Shown: positions 46,533-56,195 of the stretch, piece by piece
How positions within the stretch are numbered: position 1 is the first letter of the stretch
How the letters are laid out: the number at the start of each line of letters is the position of its first letter
NCBI GenBank assembly: GCA_965202695.1
Contig: OZ241843.1
Coordinates: 4,712,662 to 4,776,661, forward strand
Direction of reading: 5' to 3'
DNA: 64,000 nt
Source: Vicinamibacterales bacterium
GTDB lineage: Bacteria > Acidobacteriota > Vicinamibacteria > Vicinamibacterales > UBA8438
Position numbers and translations under genes: made by a program
The notes under the pieces: generated by a model
Database searches by the model: none
What the model saw: the letters and a program-made list of their open reading frames with translations, nothing else
What the model was told of the DNA's origin: nothing

Positions 46533-46864
46533 GGCATGGTCTCCCTGTTGCGTTTCGACGCCCGCGGCGGGCGTCCGTCGTCTCCGTGCTCCGTGTCCCG
46601 CCGCCCAAAATGCGCCCTTACTCACGCCTTGCAAGGCGGGCGTTCTTCGCCCGCTGGCGCATTCGGCGCCCCTCGGGCGCGGTACGGCGCGGGGTTCCAC
46701 CACGGGCGGTCACGGACTTCCAAGCATAACGCAGGCGCGGCCGGCCCGCGACTCCGGACGGGGGCGCGGCGCCGCCGGGACCGGCTGTCCGCCAGCCCGG
46801 AGAGCGACCTCGCGGTCGCGGCCCCCCTCGCCGCCCGGCCGACCCTCCGGGAATCCCGCCGGTT

Positions 46865-47782
46865 CTACGGCGCAGGCTCCCGGCCGGCGGCGGCGGGCGG
46901 CGGGCCGGCGCCCGCGCCGCTCATCTCCTCGGTCACGGTGATCAGCGTCGAGAGGTCGTCGCGGCCCCGGCCGCGCCCCATGAGGGCGTTTACGAGCTGC
47001 ATCGTCAGCGCCGCGGCGGGCAGGGCGGCGCCGCGGTCGTGGGCGAGCCGGAGGGCGACGTCGAGGTCCTTGTGGTACAGCCGCGACTCGATGCCGGCGG
47101 CGAAGTCGCGCGACGCCATGCGGGCGCCGAACACGTCGAGCACCCGGCTCGAGGCCATCCCCCGCAGCATGACCTGGCGCACCTGTTCGACGTCGAGGCC
47201 GCAGCGGCCGGCGAGGGCCAGCGCCTCGGCCGCGCCCTGGGCGGTCACGAGCAGCGCCAGCTGGTGGCACGCCTTGGCCGTCTGGCCGGCGCCGGAATCG
47301 CCGAGGTGGAACACGGCCGGCCCCAGGCGGGCGAACAGCGGCCTCGCGCGCTCGACCGCCGCGGCCGGCCCCCCCACCATCATCGTCAGGGCCGCGTCGC
47401 GGGCCCCCTGCGGCCCGCCCGACACCGGGGCGTCCAGCATGTCCACCCCCGCGGCGGCGAGCCGGCCGGCGACGGCGCGGGCGGCGGCGGGGTCGATGGT
47501 GCTCGTGTCGACGACGAGGGTCCCGGGCCGCGCGCCGTGGAGGACGCCGTCGGGACCCAGCACCACCTGCTCGACGTCGCGGGCGGCGGTCACCATGGTG
47601 AAGACGACCTCGCTCCGCGCGGCCACCGCGGCCGGGGTGGGGCAGACGTCGGCGCCCGCGTCGGCGAGGGGCCGGGCCGCCTCGGCCCGCCGGGCGAACA
47701 CCGCCATGCCGTGGCCGCCGTCCATCAGGTGGCGCGCCATCGGGCGCCCCATGGTCCCGAGTCCGATGAAACCGATCCGCAT
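46865..47782 (-). CDS. NAD(P)-dependent 3-hydroxyisobutyrate/2-hydroxy-3-oxopropionate dehydrogenase family
   Basis: N-terminal Rossmann motif MRIGFIGLGTMGRPMARHL, plus DAPVSGG and GAGQTAKACHQ. Confidence 0.88.
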   Translation of the reverse strand: MRIGFIGLGTMGRPMARHLMDGGHGMAVFARRAEAARPLADAGADVCPTPAAVAARSEVVFTMVTAARDVEQVVLGPDGVLHGARPGTLVVDTSTIDPAAARAVAGRLAAAGVDMLDAPVSGGPQGARDAALTMMVGGPAAAVERARPLFARLGPAVFHLGDSGAGQTAKACHQLALLVTAQGAAEALALAGRCGLDVEQVRQVMLRGMASSRVLDVFGARMASRDFAAGIESRLYHKDLDVALRLAHDRGAALPAAALTMQLVNALMGRGRGRDDLSTLITVTEEMSGAGAGPPPAAAGREPAP

Positions 47783-47850
47783 GGGTCGTCCGCCGGCGGG
47801 AACGGGAAGCGGCCGGGGGTGCTCCCGCCGGCGCGGGCGCACGGCCGCGG

Positions 47851-48774
47851 TCACCGCAAGCCCACGCCCTGCTTCTTCCAGTAGCGCGCCAGTCCGAGCC
47901 AGCACATCGAGAACGGGGCGGCCAGGTCGTAGAGGGCCGCGGTCTCTTCCGGCACGTGCCGCCGCAGATAGCGCCGCGTCTCGGCCACGAACCGGTCCGC
48001 GCGTTCCCCGGCCGGCGCGTCCCCTTCGAGGATGGCGCGCGCCGCCGCCGCGAGCCGGTCCAGGTGTTCGGCCAGGCCCGCCAACTGGTCGGCGGCGTCC
48101 TCGTACGGGCCGAAGTGGGTGATGAACAACGTGTCCGCCCGCCAGTCCGCGATCCGCCGGATGCTGGCCTTCCACGCGTCGAGGTCGACGTCGGGCGGCG
48201 GCGTCGGCGGCAGGGCGAAGCGCTCGGGGCCGACCCGCACCCCCGCGGCGTCTCCGGCGAACGCCACGCCGCTCGCCCGGTCGAAGAAGGCGACGTGGTG
48301 GGACGCATGGCCCGGCGTGTGCGCGACCTCCAGGGTGCGGTCGCCCACCGCCAGGCGCTCGCCGCCGCCGAGGACGCGCAGGTTCCGCTCGGGCACCGGC
48401 AGGAACTCGCCCCAGAGCCGGTCCATGTCGTCGCCGTAGAGCCGCGCCGCGCTGTTCAGCAGCTTCTCGGGGGCGGCCAGGTGCGGCGCCCCCCGCTCGT
48501 GGACGCACACCCGGACGTCGGGGTTCTCGCGGACCAGCGTGCCCGTCGCCCCCGCGTGGTCGAGATGGACGTGGGTGAGGAGGATCGTCCGCACGTCGCC
48601 CGGCGCGATGCCCTGCGCGCGGAGGGCGGCGCGCAACGTGTCGAGACAGGTCGACGGCCCCGGGTCCACGAGGGCGGCGCCGCCGGCGTCTTCGAGGACG
48701 GCGGTGGCGATGACCCGGGGCTGGCCGAGGAACATCAGGTCGGCATAGGTGACGCCGCGCGCAATCGTGGGCAT
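47851..48774 (-). CDS. MBL-fold metallo-hydrolase
   Basis: HVHLDHAG (HxHxDH) and HTPGHASHH. Confidence 0.85.
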   Translation of the reverse strand: MPTIARGVTYADLMFLGQPRVIATAVLEDAGGAALVDPGPSTCLDTLRAALRAQGIAPGDVRTILLTHVHLDHAGATGTLVRENPDVRVCVHERGAPHLAAPEKLLNSAARLYGDDMDRLWGEFLPVPERNLRVLGGGERLAVGDRTLEVAHTPGHASHHVAFFDRASGVAFAGDAAGVRVGPERFALPPTPPPDVDLDAWKASIRRIADWRADTLFITHFGPYEDAADQLAGLAEHLDRLAAAARAILEGDAPAGERADRFVAETRRYLRRHVPEETAALYDLAAPFSMCWLGLARYWKKQGVGLR

Positions 48775-48876
48775 GGCGCCGGGATCTTACTACGCCCGCC
48801 GGCCGGGAGTCCGCGGCGGGAGACCGCGCCGCCCCGCCTTGACGCCGCCGCCGTCTCCATAGTCTGATTGCAGCGC

Positions 48877-49188
48877 ATGGCGCACGATCCGCGGGCCGGA
48901 CACGGGGTCCTCGACGAGACGCGGCGGAAGACGCGCGAGCCGACCCGCTGGCAGGTCGTGCTGCTGAACGACGACTACACCACGATGGAGTTCGTCGTGC
49001 AGGTGCTGGAGTCGGTCTTCGACAAGTCGCCGGCGGAAGCCCACGGAATCATGATGCGGGTCCACACGCAGGGACGCGGGCGGTGCGGCGCCTATGCGCA
49101 CGAGATCGCCGAGACCAAGGTCGCGGCGACGCGGACCCTGGCCGCGCGCGAAGGATTCCCCCTCCAGGCGGTCATCGAGGAGGAGTGA
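48877..49188 (+). CDS. clpS: Clp protease adaptor ClpS
   Basis: W.VVLLNDDYTTMEFVV.VLE.VF and its position immediately upstream of clpA. An alternative TTG start lies at 48868. Confidence 0.9.
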   Translation: MAHDPRAGHGVLDETRRKTREPTRWQVVLLNDDYTTMEFVVQVLESVFDKSPAEAHGIMMRVHTQGRGRCGAYAHEIAETKVAATRTLAAREGFPLQAVIEEE

Positions 49189-49198
49189 CGGGATCCCC

Positions 49199-51787
49199 AT
49201 GTTCAGCGCCGCCATCGAGCTCGTCCTGAACGTCGCCTACCGCGAGGCGACGGTCCGCCGGCATACGTATCTGACCGTCGAGCACCTGCTGTACGTGCTG
49301 GCGCACGACCCGGAGGGGGAGAAGCTCCTCACCGCGTGCGGCAGCGACCTGCCGGCGCTGCGGAACGGGCTCGACAAGTTCCTGGACACCCTCGATCAGA
49401 CCCGGAAGGGCCGGCAGCGCCAGCCGGAACAGACCCTGGCGTTCCAGCGCGTCCTGCAGACGGCGGTGCTCCACGTCCAGAGCGCCGGGAAGGACGAGGT
49501 CCGTTTCGGCGACGTGCTCGCGGCCATCCTGCAGCAGTCCGATTCCCATGCGGCCGAGCTGCTGCAGACGCAGGACGTCACCCGCCTCGACGTCCTGAAC
49601 TACATCTCGCACGGCATCACCAAGGCGCCGCCGGGGCCGGCCCGGCCGCGGCCCGAGGAGCCCGCCCCGGCGGGACCGGCCGGGGACGGTCCCGCCCCGG
49701 CGCGCGACCCGCTCGCCGCCTTCGCCGCGAACCTGACCGTGCGCGCCCGGCAGGGCCGGCTCGACCCCCTCATCGGACGCCGGGAGGAGATGCGGCGCAC
49801 CATGCAGATCCTCTGCCGCCGGCGCAAGAACAACCCCGTCTTCGTCGGGGACGCCGGCGTGGGCAAGACCGCCCTCGCCGAGGGCCTGGCGGGCCGGCTG
49901 CTGGAGGACGACGTCCCCGCGCGCCTGCGGGGCGCCGAGATATTCGCCCTCGACACCGCCGCGCTGCTCGCGGGCACGCGGTTCCGGGGCGACTTCGAGG
50001 AACGCTTCAAGACCGTCGTCGACGCGCTCGCCGGCCGCCCGCTCCCCATCCTCTTCATCGACGAGGTGCATTCGACGGTGGGGGCAGGGGCCGCCAGCGG
50101 CGGCACGATGGACCTCGCGATGCTCATCAAGCCCCTGCTGGCGGCGGGCGACCTGCGGCTGATCGGGTCGACGACGTTCGACGAGTTCAAGCAGATCGAG
50201 CGCGACCGGGGGCTGGCGCGCCGGCTGCAACGGGTGGTCCTGGAAGAGCCGAGCGTCGACGAAACGGTCGAGATCCTGAGCGGGCTGCGGCCGCGTTACG
50301 AGGAGCACCACCGGGTGACGTTCACCGACCGCGCCCTGCGCGCGGCCGCGAAGCTGGCCCGGCGGCACCTGCGCGACTCGCGCCTGCCGGACAGCGCCAT
50401 CGACGTGATCGACGAAACGGGTGCGAGCATCGCCGTGGCCGGGACCGCCGCGCCGGCCGCCGCGGCCGCCGCCGCGCCCGCGGACGCCCCCGCCCTGGAC
50501 GGGACCGCGCCGGCCGGGGCCGCGGACGCCGCGCCCGAGCGGCGGCGCCGGCCGGACAGCGCCATCGACGTGATCGACGAGACGGACGCGGGCATCGCCG
50601 TGGCCGGGGCCGCCGCGCCCGCGGTCGAGGCCGCCCCCGCGGTCGAACCCCCGCCGCCGCCCCCCGTCCCGGGCGGGATCGCCGCGCCGGCCGGGGCCGC
50701 GGCCGCCGCGCCCGAAACGCCCCCGCCGCGCCCGCGCGTCACCGAGGCCGACGTCGAGCGCGTGCTCGCGCGCATCGCCCGCATCCCCGAGAAGCAGGCG
50801 ACCGCGTCGGACAAGGAGCGGCTGCGCACCCTCGACGAGGCCCTCCGGCGGGTCGTGTTCGGGCAGGACGCGGCGGTGGCGTCGGTGGTCACGGCCATCA
50901 AGCGGGCGCGGGCGGGTCTCGGGCAACCGGACCGCCCGGCCGGCTGCTTCCTGTTCACCGGTCCGACCGGCGTCGGCAAGACCGAGCTCGCGAAGCAGCT
51001 CGCCATCCACCTGGGGAACGAGTTCCTGCGCTACGACATGAGCGAGTACATGGAGAAGCACGCGGTGGCGCGGCTCATCGGCGCCCCGCCCGGCTACGTC
51101 GGTTTCGAGCAGGGGGGCCTGCTGGTCGACGCGGTGCGGGCCCATCCCTACGCGGTGCTGCTGCTCGACGAGGTGGAGAAGGCCCATCCCGACGTCTACA
51201 ACATCCTGCTGCAGGTGATGGACCACGCGACCCTGACCGACAACAACGGCCGCCGGGCGGACTTCCGCCAGGTCGTGGTCATCATGACGTCGAACGCCGG
51301 CTCGCGCGAGGCGAGCGCGGCCCCGATAGGGTTCGGCGACGACCGGACGGGCAGCGGCCGGGCCCGCACGAAGGCGGCGCTGGAACGCGCGTTCAGCCCG
51401 GAGTTCCGCAACCGGCTCGACGCCGTCGTCACCTTCGACGGCCTCGCCCCCGGCGTCGTGGAGACCATCGTCGAGAAGTTCGTCCTCCAGCTCGAGACGC
51501 AGCTCGCCGAGCGCCGGGTGGCCATCACCCTGCTGCCGGACGCCCGCGCCTGGCTCGCCGGGAAGGGCTACGACCCCGCGTACGGCGCCCGGCCCCTCGC
51601 CCGGCTCATCCAGGCCGAGGTGCGCAACCCGCTGACCGACGAGATCCTGTTCGGCCGCCTGGAGCACGGGGGGACGGTGCGGATCGGCCTCGCCGGCGAC
51701 ACCCTGCGCTTCGACGTCGAGCCGGCTCCCCCGGCCGGCGGGCCGGACGACGGCGGCGGGCCGGACGCCGGGGAGTCCGCGCCGTAG
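49199..51787 (+). CDS. clpA: ATP-dependent Clp protease ATPase subunit ClpA, with an expanded D1-D2 linker
   Basis: N-domain MFSAAIELVLNVAYREA, Walker A motifs GDAGVGKTA and GPTGVGKTE, and the sensor/arginine regions. At 862 aa it carries an internal duplication and an Ala/Pro-rich insert. Confidence 0.95.
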   Translation: MFSAAIELVLNVAYREATVRRHTYLTVEHLLYVLAHDPEGEKLLTACGSDLPALRNGLDKFLDTLDQTRKGRQRQPEQTLAFQRVLQTAVLHVQSAGKDEVRFGDVLAAILQQSDSHAAELLQTQDVTRLDVLNYISHGITKAPPGPARPRPEEPAPAGPAGDGPAPARDPLAAFAANLTVRARQGRLDPLIGRREEMRRTMQILCRRRKNNPVFVGDAGVGKTALAEGLAGRLLEDDVPARLRGAEIFALDTAALLAGTRFRGDFEERFKTVVDALAGRPLPILFIDEVHSTVGAGAASGGTMDLAMLIKPLLAAGDLRLIGSTTFDEFKQIERDRGLARRLQRVVLEEPSVDETVEILSGLRPRYEEHHRVTFTDRALRAAAKLARRHLRDSRLPDSAIDVIDETGASIAVAGTAAPAAAAAAAPADAPALDGTAPAGAADAAPERRRRPDSAIDVIDETDAGIAVAGAAAPAVEAAPAVEPPPPPPVPGGIAAPAGAAAAAPETPPPRPRVTEADVERVLARIARIPEKQATASDKERLRTLDEALRRVVFGQDAAVASVVTAIKRARAGLGQPDRPAGCFLFTGPTGVGKTELAKQLAIHLGNEFLRYDMSEYMEKHAVARLIGAPPGYVGFEQGGLLVDAVRAHPYAVLLLDEVEKAHPDVYNILLQVMDHATLTDNNGRRADFRQVVVIMTSNAGSREASAAPIGFGDDRTGSGRARTKAALERAFSPEFRNRLDAVVTFDGLAPGVVETIVEKFVLQLETQLAERRVAITLLPDARAWLAGKGYDPAYGARPLARLIQAEVRNPLTDEILFGRLEHGGTVRIGLAGDTLRFDVEPAPPAGGPDDGGGPDAGESAP
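50387..50623. repeat. in-frame 165-bp-offset duplication inside clpA
   Basis: PDSAIDVIDETGASIAVAGTAAPA (50387-50458) is repeated as PDSAIDVIDETDAGIAVAGAAAPA (50552-50623). Confidence 0.9.
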
Positions 51788-51808
51788 CGGCGCCGCGCCT
51801 TCAGGAAC

Positions 51809-52855
51809 ATGGGCATCCTCACGTCCGCGGTGGCCCAGGCGGTGGCGCGGTTCCTCGGCTTCCTGCGCCGCGAGAACCTGTTCCGGCTCCTGGGGGTCGT
51901 GCTGGCGCTCATGCTGGGCGGAGCGGCGGGTTTCGCGTACTTCGAGGGCCGGCCTCCGGCCGACGCGCTCTGGTGGTCCATCGTCACCCTGACCACCGTC
52001 GGCTACGGCGACATCTCCCCGGTGTCGCTCGGCGGCCGGCTGATCGGCGTCGTGCTCATGTTCTTCGGCATCGGCGTGCTCGGCATGTTCACCGCCACCA
52101 TCGCCGGGGTGTTCGTCGAACAGCGCATGAGGAAGGACCGCGGCATGGAATCGTACGCGCTCGAGGGGCACATCATCCTGTGCGGCTGGAACGGCCGGAT
52201 GAAGGAGATCCTGGCCGACCTCCGCGCCGACCCGCGCTCCGCCGACGCCGACGTCGCGCTGGTGGCCGACGTCGAAGCCAAGCCGGTGGTCGACGAGAAG
52301 GTCCACTTCGTGCGGGGCGACGTGACCGAGGAGGCGCTCGGGCGGGCGTGCATCGAGTCCGCCCGGACCGTCGTCATCGTGGGGGACCGGTCGCTGGACT
52401 ACAGCGCGCGGGACGCCCGGACGGTGCTGTCGACGCTGACCGTCGAGAACCTCAACCCGGCCGTCCACTCCGTCGTCGAGCTCGCCAGCGAGGCCAACGT
52501 GCGGCACTGCCAGCAGGCGGGCGCCGACGAGATCGTCGTGGGGGCCGAACTGTGCAGCCGGGTCCTGTCGACCGCGGCCCTCGACCACGGCATCTCCACC
52601 GTGCTGAGCGAGCTGCTGAGCGCGCGGGTCGGACAGAACCTGGTCACCGTCCCGGTGCCGCCGGAGCAGGCCGGCCGGCCGTTCTTCGAGGTGTTCTCCG
52701 CCCTGAAGCGGGACCGGGGAGAGATCGCGGTGGCGATCAAGCGCCAGGGGAACGGGGCCATCGAGACCAACCCCGACGCGGACGCGGAGGTCGCGGCCGC
52801 GGACCGCCTGGTGGTGATCTCGGCCCGCGAACGGCCGGCGCGCGCCGCGCGGTGA
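51809..52855 (+). CDS. two-TM potassium channel with a C-terminal RCK/TrkA-N domain
   Basis: Selectivity filter TLTTVGYGD and Rossmann-like HIILCGWNG. Confidence 0.88.
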   Translation: MGILTSAVAQAVARFLGFLRRENLFRLLGVVLALMLGGAAGFAYFEGRPPADALWWSIVTLTTVGYGDISPVSLGGRLIGVVLMFFGIGVLGMFTATIAGVFVEQRMRKDRGMESYALEGHIILCGWNGRMKEILADLRADPRSADADVALVADVEAKPVVDEKVHFVRGDVTEEALGRACIESARTVVIVGDRSLDYSARDARTVLSTLTVENLNPAVHSVVELASEANVRHCQQAGADEIVVGAELCSRVLSTAALDHGISTVLSELLSARVGQNLVTVPVPPEQAGRPFFEVFSALKRDRGEIAVAIKRQGNGAIETNPDADAEVAAADRLVVISARERPARAAR

Positions 52856-52946
52856 ACCCGGCGCCCCGATTGATCGTCGAATCGGAAAAGGCACCCCGGC
52901 CGGCGCCGGCGCACGGGTGGAGGAAACGCGCGGGGAGGCGCGATGA

Positions 52947-53348
52947 ATGTCTGAGCATCTCGATACCGTCAAGGGTCATCTGCTCGATCTCGGGCTCACG
53001 ATCGTGGCGGAGAACGAAGCGGACGATCTGGTGGTGGTCGACGACGAGGACAACGGCATCAAGCAGCTCGTCATCGACTGCGAGCCGCCCATCGTCATTC
53101 TCGAGCAGCTGATCGGCGAGGTGCCGCCGCGGCCGGGCGACCTCTTCACCCGGCTGCTGCAGATGAACAACACGCTGGTGCACGGCGCCTTCGCCCTCGA
53201 CGAGGCGGGCCGGCGCATCTTCTACCGCGACACGCTGCAGCTCGCCAACCTCGACCTGAACGAGCTCGAGGGCTCCGTCCGGGCCCTCTCCCTGGCGCTC
53301 GCCGAATACGGCGCCGAGCTGATCACCTATTGGAAGAAACAGCCATGA
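52947..53348 (+). CDS. YbjN-like (type III secretion chaperone-like fold) protein, PspA-associated
   Basis: Its size, acidic composition and ATGA coupling to the downstream pspA fit the family. The call rests on context and general resemblance. Confidence 0.6.
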   Translation: MSEHLDTVKGHLLDLGLTIVAENEADDLVVVDDEDNGIKQLVIDCEPPIVILEQLIGEVPPRPGDLFTRLLQMNNTLVHGAFALDEAGRRIFYRDTLQLANLDLNELEGSVRALSLALAEYGAELITYWKKQP

Positions 53349-54055
53349 GTATCTTTCGCAGAATGTTCAAGGTCGCCCAGTCGAACGCCCACGCCGCGAT
53401 GGACCAGATGGAGGATCCGATCAAGATGACCGAGCAGGGCATCCGCGACCTCAAGAAGAACCTCCAGGCGGCCATGGTGAGCCTCGCCCAGGTCAAGTCG
53501 CTGGTCATCCGCCTGCAGAAGGAGGGCGACGACCACAAGAAGCGGGCGGCGGAGTACGAGCGCAAGGCGATGCTCCTGCTGCGCCGGGCCGAGGCCGGCG
53601 AGATGCCCCCGGACGAGGCGGAGCGCCTGGCCACCTCGGCGCTGGCCAAAAAGGACGACGAGGTGCGGCAGGCGTCGCGGGTGGGGACCGACCACGAGAC
53701 CCAGCGGCGCATGGCCGACCAGCTGCAGGCCAAGGTCGAAGACCTCAAGCGGCAGATCGCCAAGTACGAGAACGAGGTGATCACCCTGCGCGCCCGCGCC
53801 CGCACGGCCTCGTCGATGCGCAAGATCAACCAGCAGCTCGCGGGCGCCGACGCCTCCGGCACCGTCGCCATGCTCGAGAAGATGAAGCACCGGGTGCAGG
53901 AGGAGGAGTCGCTCGCCGAGGCCTACGACCAGCTCGCGGACGTCGGCGGCACCATCGACGAGGACATCGACCGCGCCCTCTCCGCGCCCTCTCCCGCCGC
54001 CGGGACCGACTCGCTGGCCGCGCTGAAGAAGAAGATGGGGATCGCGGCGCCGTAG
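53345..54055 (+). CDS. pspA: PspA/IM30 family membrane-stress protein
   Basis: MSIFRRMFKVAQSNAHAAMDQMEDPIKMTEQGIRDL.. followed by a long coiled-coil sequence. Confidence 0.9.
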   Translation: MSIFRRMFKVAQSNAHAAMDQMEDPIKMTEQGIRDLKKNLQAAMVSLAQVKSLVIRLQKEGDDHKKRAAEYERKAMLLLRRAEAGEMPPDEAERLATSALAKKDDEVRQASRVGTDHETQRRMADQLQAKVEDLKRQIAKYENEVITLRARARTASSMRKINQQLAGADASGTVAMLEKMKHRVQEEESLAEAYDQLADVGGTIDEDIDRALSAPSPAAGTDSLAALKKKMGIAAP

Positions 54056-54102
54056 CCCGGAAATCGTCGCCCGCGGCTCCGATTGCCGCCCAACCAACCC
54101 TG

Positions 54103-54139
54103 CCAGGAGCACGCACCGTGCTACGGCGCGCGCTCCTGG
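54103..54139. terminator. candidate bidirectional hairpin between convergent pspA and the amine-oxidase gene
   Basis: CCAGGAGC..GCTCCTGG outer stem with a nested AGCACG-CAC-CGTGCT hairpin. There is no clear U-tract. Confidence 0.35.
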
Positions 54140-54141
54140 GG

Positions 54142-55824
54142 TCAGAGCGAGGTGGCGTGGGCGTGGCCCAGGGCCCGCATCACCTCTTCGGCCGCCCGCA
54201 CGCCGTGGTACTGCGCCTCCTCGAAGACCGAGATGCCGCTCATGTCTGAGTGGGCGAACCGGACCGCGCCGTGCGGGGCCGCCGCGCGGCGGCGCGCCTC
54301 TCCCCAGACGAAGCCGGGCGCGGGCCGGATCATCGCGTGCCCCCAGAGCATGACGTCGATGCGGGTCACCTGCGACTCGAGGCCGGGATGGGCCGGCGCG
54401 AGGTCGGCGAGAATCAGCGACGCCCAGTCGCGCCACTCGCGTTCGAGCATCCACGCGCGGGCGGCGTCGGGGTTCGGGACCGCGAGCGGCAGGTACCAGG
54501 TCAGCACGCTGGGCCCCGGCGCCGTCCGCAGGTCCTGGTGGGTGGCGACGACGTAGCCGAGCGACGGGCTGTCGTGGAGCACGTTGTCCCAGGCGGCGCC
54601 GGCGGGCGCCCGCTCGACCGTCAGGTTCGCGACCACCCACGGGCTGTAGGTGAACTGCTCGAGGCCGGCGAGGGCGTACCCGGCGATGGCGTGGGGCGCG
54701 GTGAACCGGGGCAGGGCGTAGATGCAGTGGCGGGCGCGGAAACGCACGGCGGTCCCGGCGCGGGTGTCGAGCGCGTCGACCTCGACGCCGCCCGCGGGGA
54801 CGCCGTCGGCGCCTGCGGCCCCGGTCGGACGCACCCGGTAGACCAGCATCGAGGCGCGGACGTTCGCCCCCACCCGGTCCAGGAAGTGCCGGACGATGCG
54901 GCCGTTCCCCTCGGGCCACGTCAGGTACTCGACGTCGTCGGGGCGGGAGCAGAAGTAGTGCCATCCCGCCCACGCCGAGGTGGTCTCCAGCGTGCAGCCG
55001 TAGTCGTCGCGGCAGCAGTAGTCCACGTACCAGCGCAGGCGGGGAGAGGTCCAGCCGGCGCGGTCGAAGTACTCGCGCATCGACATCCGGTCGAGCGCGG
55101 CGGTCTCGGCGTCGGCGGCGCCGGCCGCGATCGGCAGGGCGAACGCGGGGCGGCCCCGCGCGTCCCGGCGGTCCCGGTACCGCCGGACCTCGGCCTCGAA
55201 CGCCGCGAGCTCGGCCGCGGCGGCCGAGCCGGGGGCCGGGTCCACCACGTCGCGCGCCGACAGCCCCGCGCGCCACCCGCCGTCGACGAACAGGCGTTCC
55301 TGGGGCGCATGGCACAGGTGCCGCGGGTCGTAGACCGGCTCGCCGTCCGGGCCGGTGTCGACGACCAGACCCATCTCGGCGACCAGCTCCCGCGTCGCCG
55401 CCGCCTCGGGGGTGGGCGCCGGCAGGTAGTGGGCGCCCCAGGGATAGGCGGAAGCGGCGTTCTCTCCCCACCGCGCGTTGCCCCCCGCCCGCGGCTCCAG
55501 CTCGAGCACGACGAAGTCGCGCAGCCCGCTCCGCGCGAACTTCCACGCCGCCGACAGCCCCGCGACGCCCGCCCCCGCGACGACCACGGGGACGTCGCGG
55601 ACCTCGCGCGGCTCGGGCCCGCCGCCGTCCCGCAGCCGGTGCCCCGCGCGGTGGGAGGCGCCCACGATCGCCCCGGCGATGCGTCCGGCGTCGAGGGCCC
55701 TCCCGGCCGCGCCGGGCGGCCGGGGAACGCATCCCAGGGCCAGCGCGGCGGCCGCGCCGGGACCCGTCCGCAGGAGGTCCCGGCGCGTCAGTCCGCGGCC
55801 CGGCGGGCGCACCGGCCTGCTCAT
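54142..55824 (-). CDS. Tat-exported FAD-dependent amine oxidase (polyamine-oxidase-like)
   Basis: The start MSRPVRPPGRGLTRRDLLR carries a twin-arginine motif. Dinucleotide fold VVVAGAGVAGLSAA. Confidence 0.8.
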   Translation of the reverse strand: MSRPVRPPGRGLTRRDLLRTGPGAAAALALGCVPRPPGAAGRALDAGRIAGAIVGASHRAGHRLRDGGGPEPREVRDVPVVVAGAGVAGLSAAWKFARSGLRDFVVLELEPRAGGNARWGENAASAYPWGAHYLPAPTPEAAATRELVAEMGLVVDTGPDGEPVYDPRHLCHAPQERLFVDGGWRAGLSARDVVDPAPGSAAAAELAAFEAEVRRYRDRRDARGRPAFALPIAAGAADAETAALDRMSMREYFDRAGWTSPRLRWYVDYCCRDDYGCTLETTSAWAGWHYFCSRPDDVEYLTWPEGNGRIVRHFLDRVGANVRASMLVYRVRPTGAAGADGVPAGGVEVDALDTRAGTAVRFRARHCIYALPRFTAPHAIAGYALAGLEQFTYSPWVVANLTVERAPAGAAWDNVLHDSPSLGYVVATHQDLRTAPGPSVLTWYLPLAVPNPDAARAWMLEREWRDWASLILADLAPAHPGLESQVTRIDVMLWGHAMIRPAPGFVWGEARRRAAAPHGAVRFAHSDMSGISVFEEAQYHGVRAAEEVMRALGHAHATSL

Positions 55825-56195
55825 CGGACGCCCGCCCGCGCACGCTGCGCCCGGCCCTCGGCGCGACCGCGCACCGCGATCCGGTCGTTCAACCGGTTCA
55901 CCTCCACCGGCGCCGCGGCCACGCCGGCCGGGAACTCGGGCGGGTTCATCGGGCGCCCGCCCGCGCATGCCGCGCCCGGCCCTCGGCGCGGCCGCGCACC
56001 GCGATCCGGTCGTTCAACCGGTTCACCTCCACCGGCGCCGCGGCCACGCCGGCCGGGAACTCGGGCGGGTTCATCGGGCGCCCGCCCGCGCATACTGCGC
56101 CCAGCCCTCGGCGTGGTAGCGCACCACGATCTGGTTGTTCAACCGGTTCACCTCCACCGGCACCGCGGCCATGTCGGCCGGGAACTCGAACAGCG
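55821..56195. repeat. 125-bp tandem repeat, three copies, at the speE 3' end / oxidase 5' end
   Basis: Stop codons recur at 56071, 55946 and 55821 (period 125). Copies 55821-55945 and 55946-56070 are near-identical. Copy 56071-56195 is the authentic speE 3' end and is more diverged. Confidence 0.92.

Noticed and set aside
49172-52972. 1266-aa minus-strand ORF and a 1258-aa plus-strand alternate frame (49336..53112) over clpA and the K+ channel gene
   Set aside because: These are shadow frames with low-complexity Arg/Gly/Pro content. The clpA and channel frames carry diagnostic motifs.
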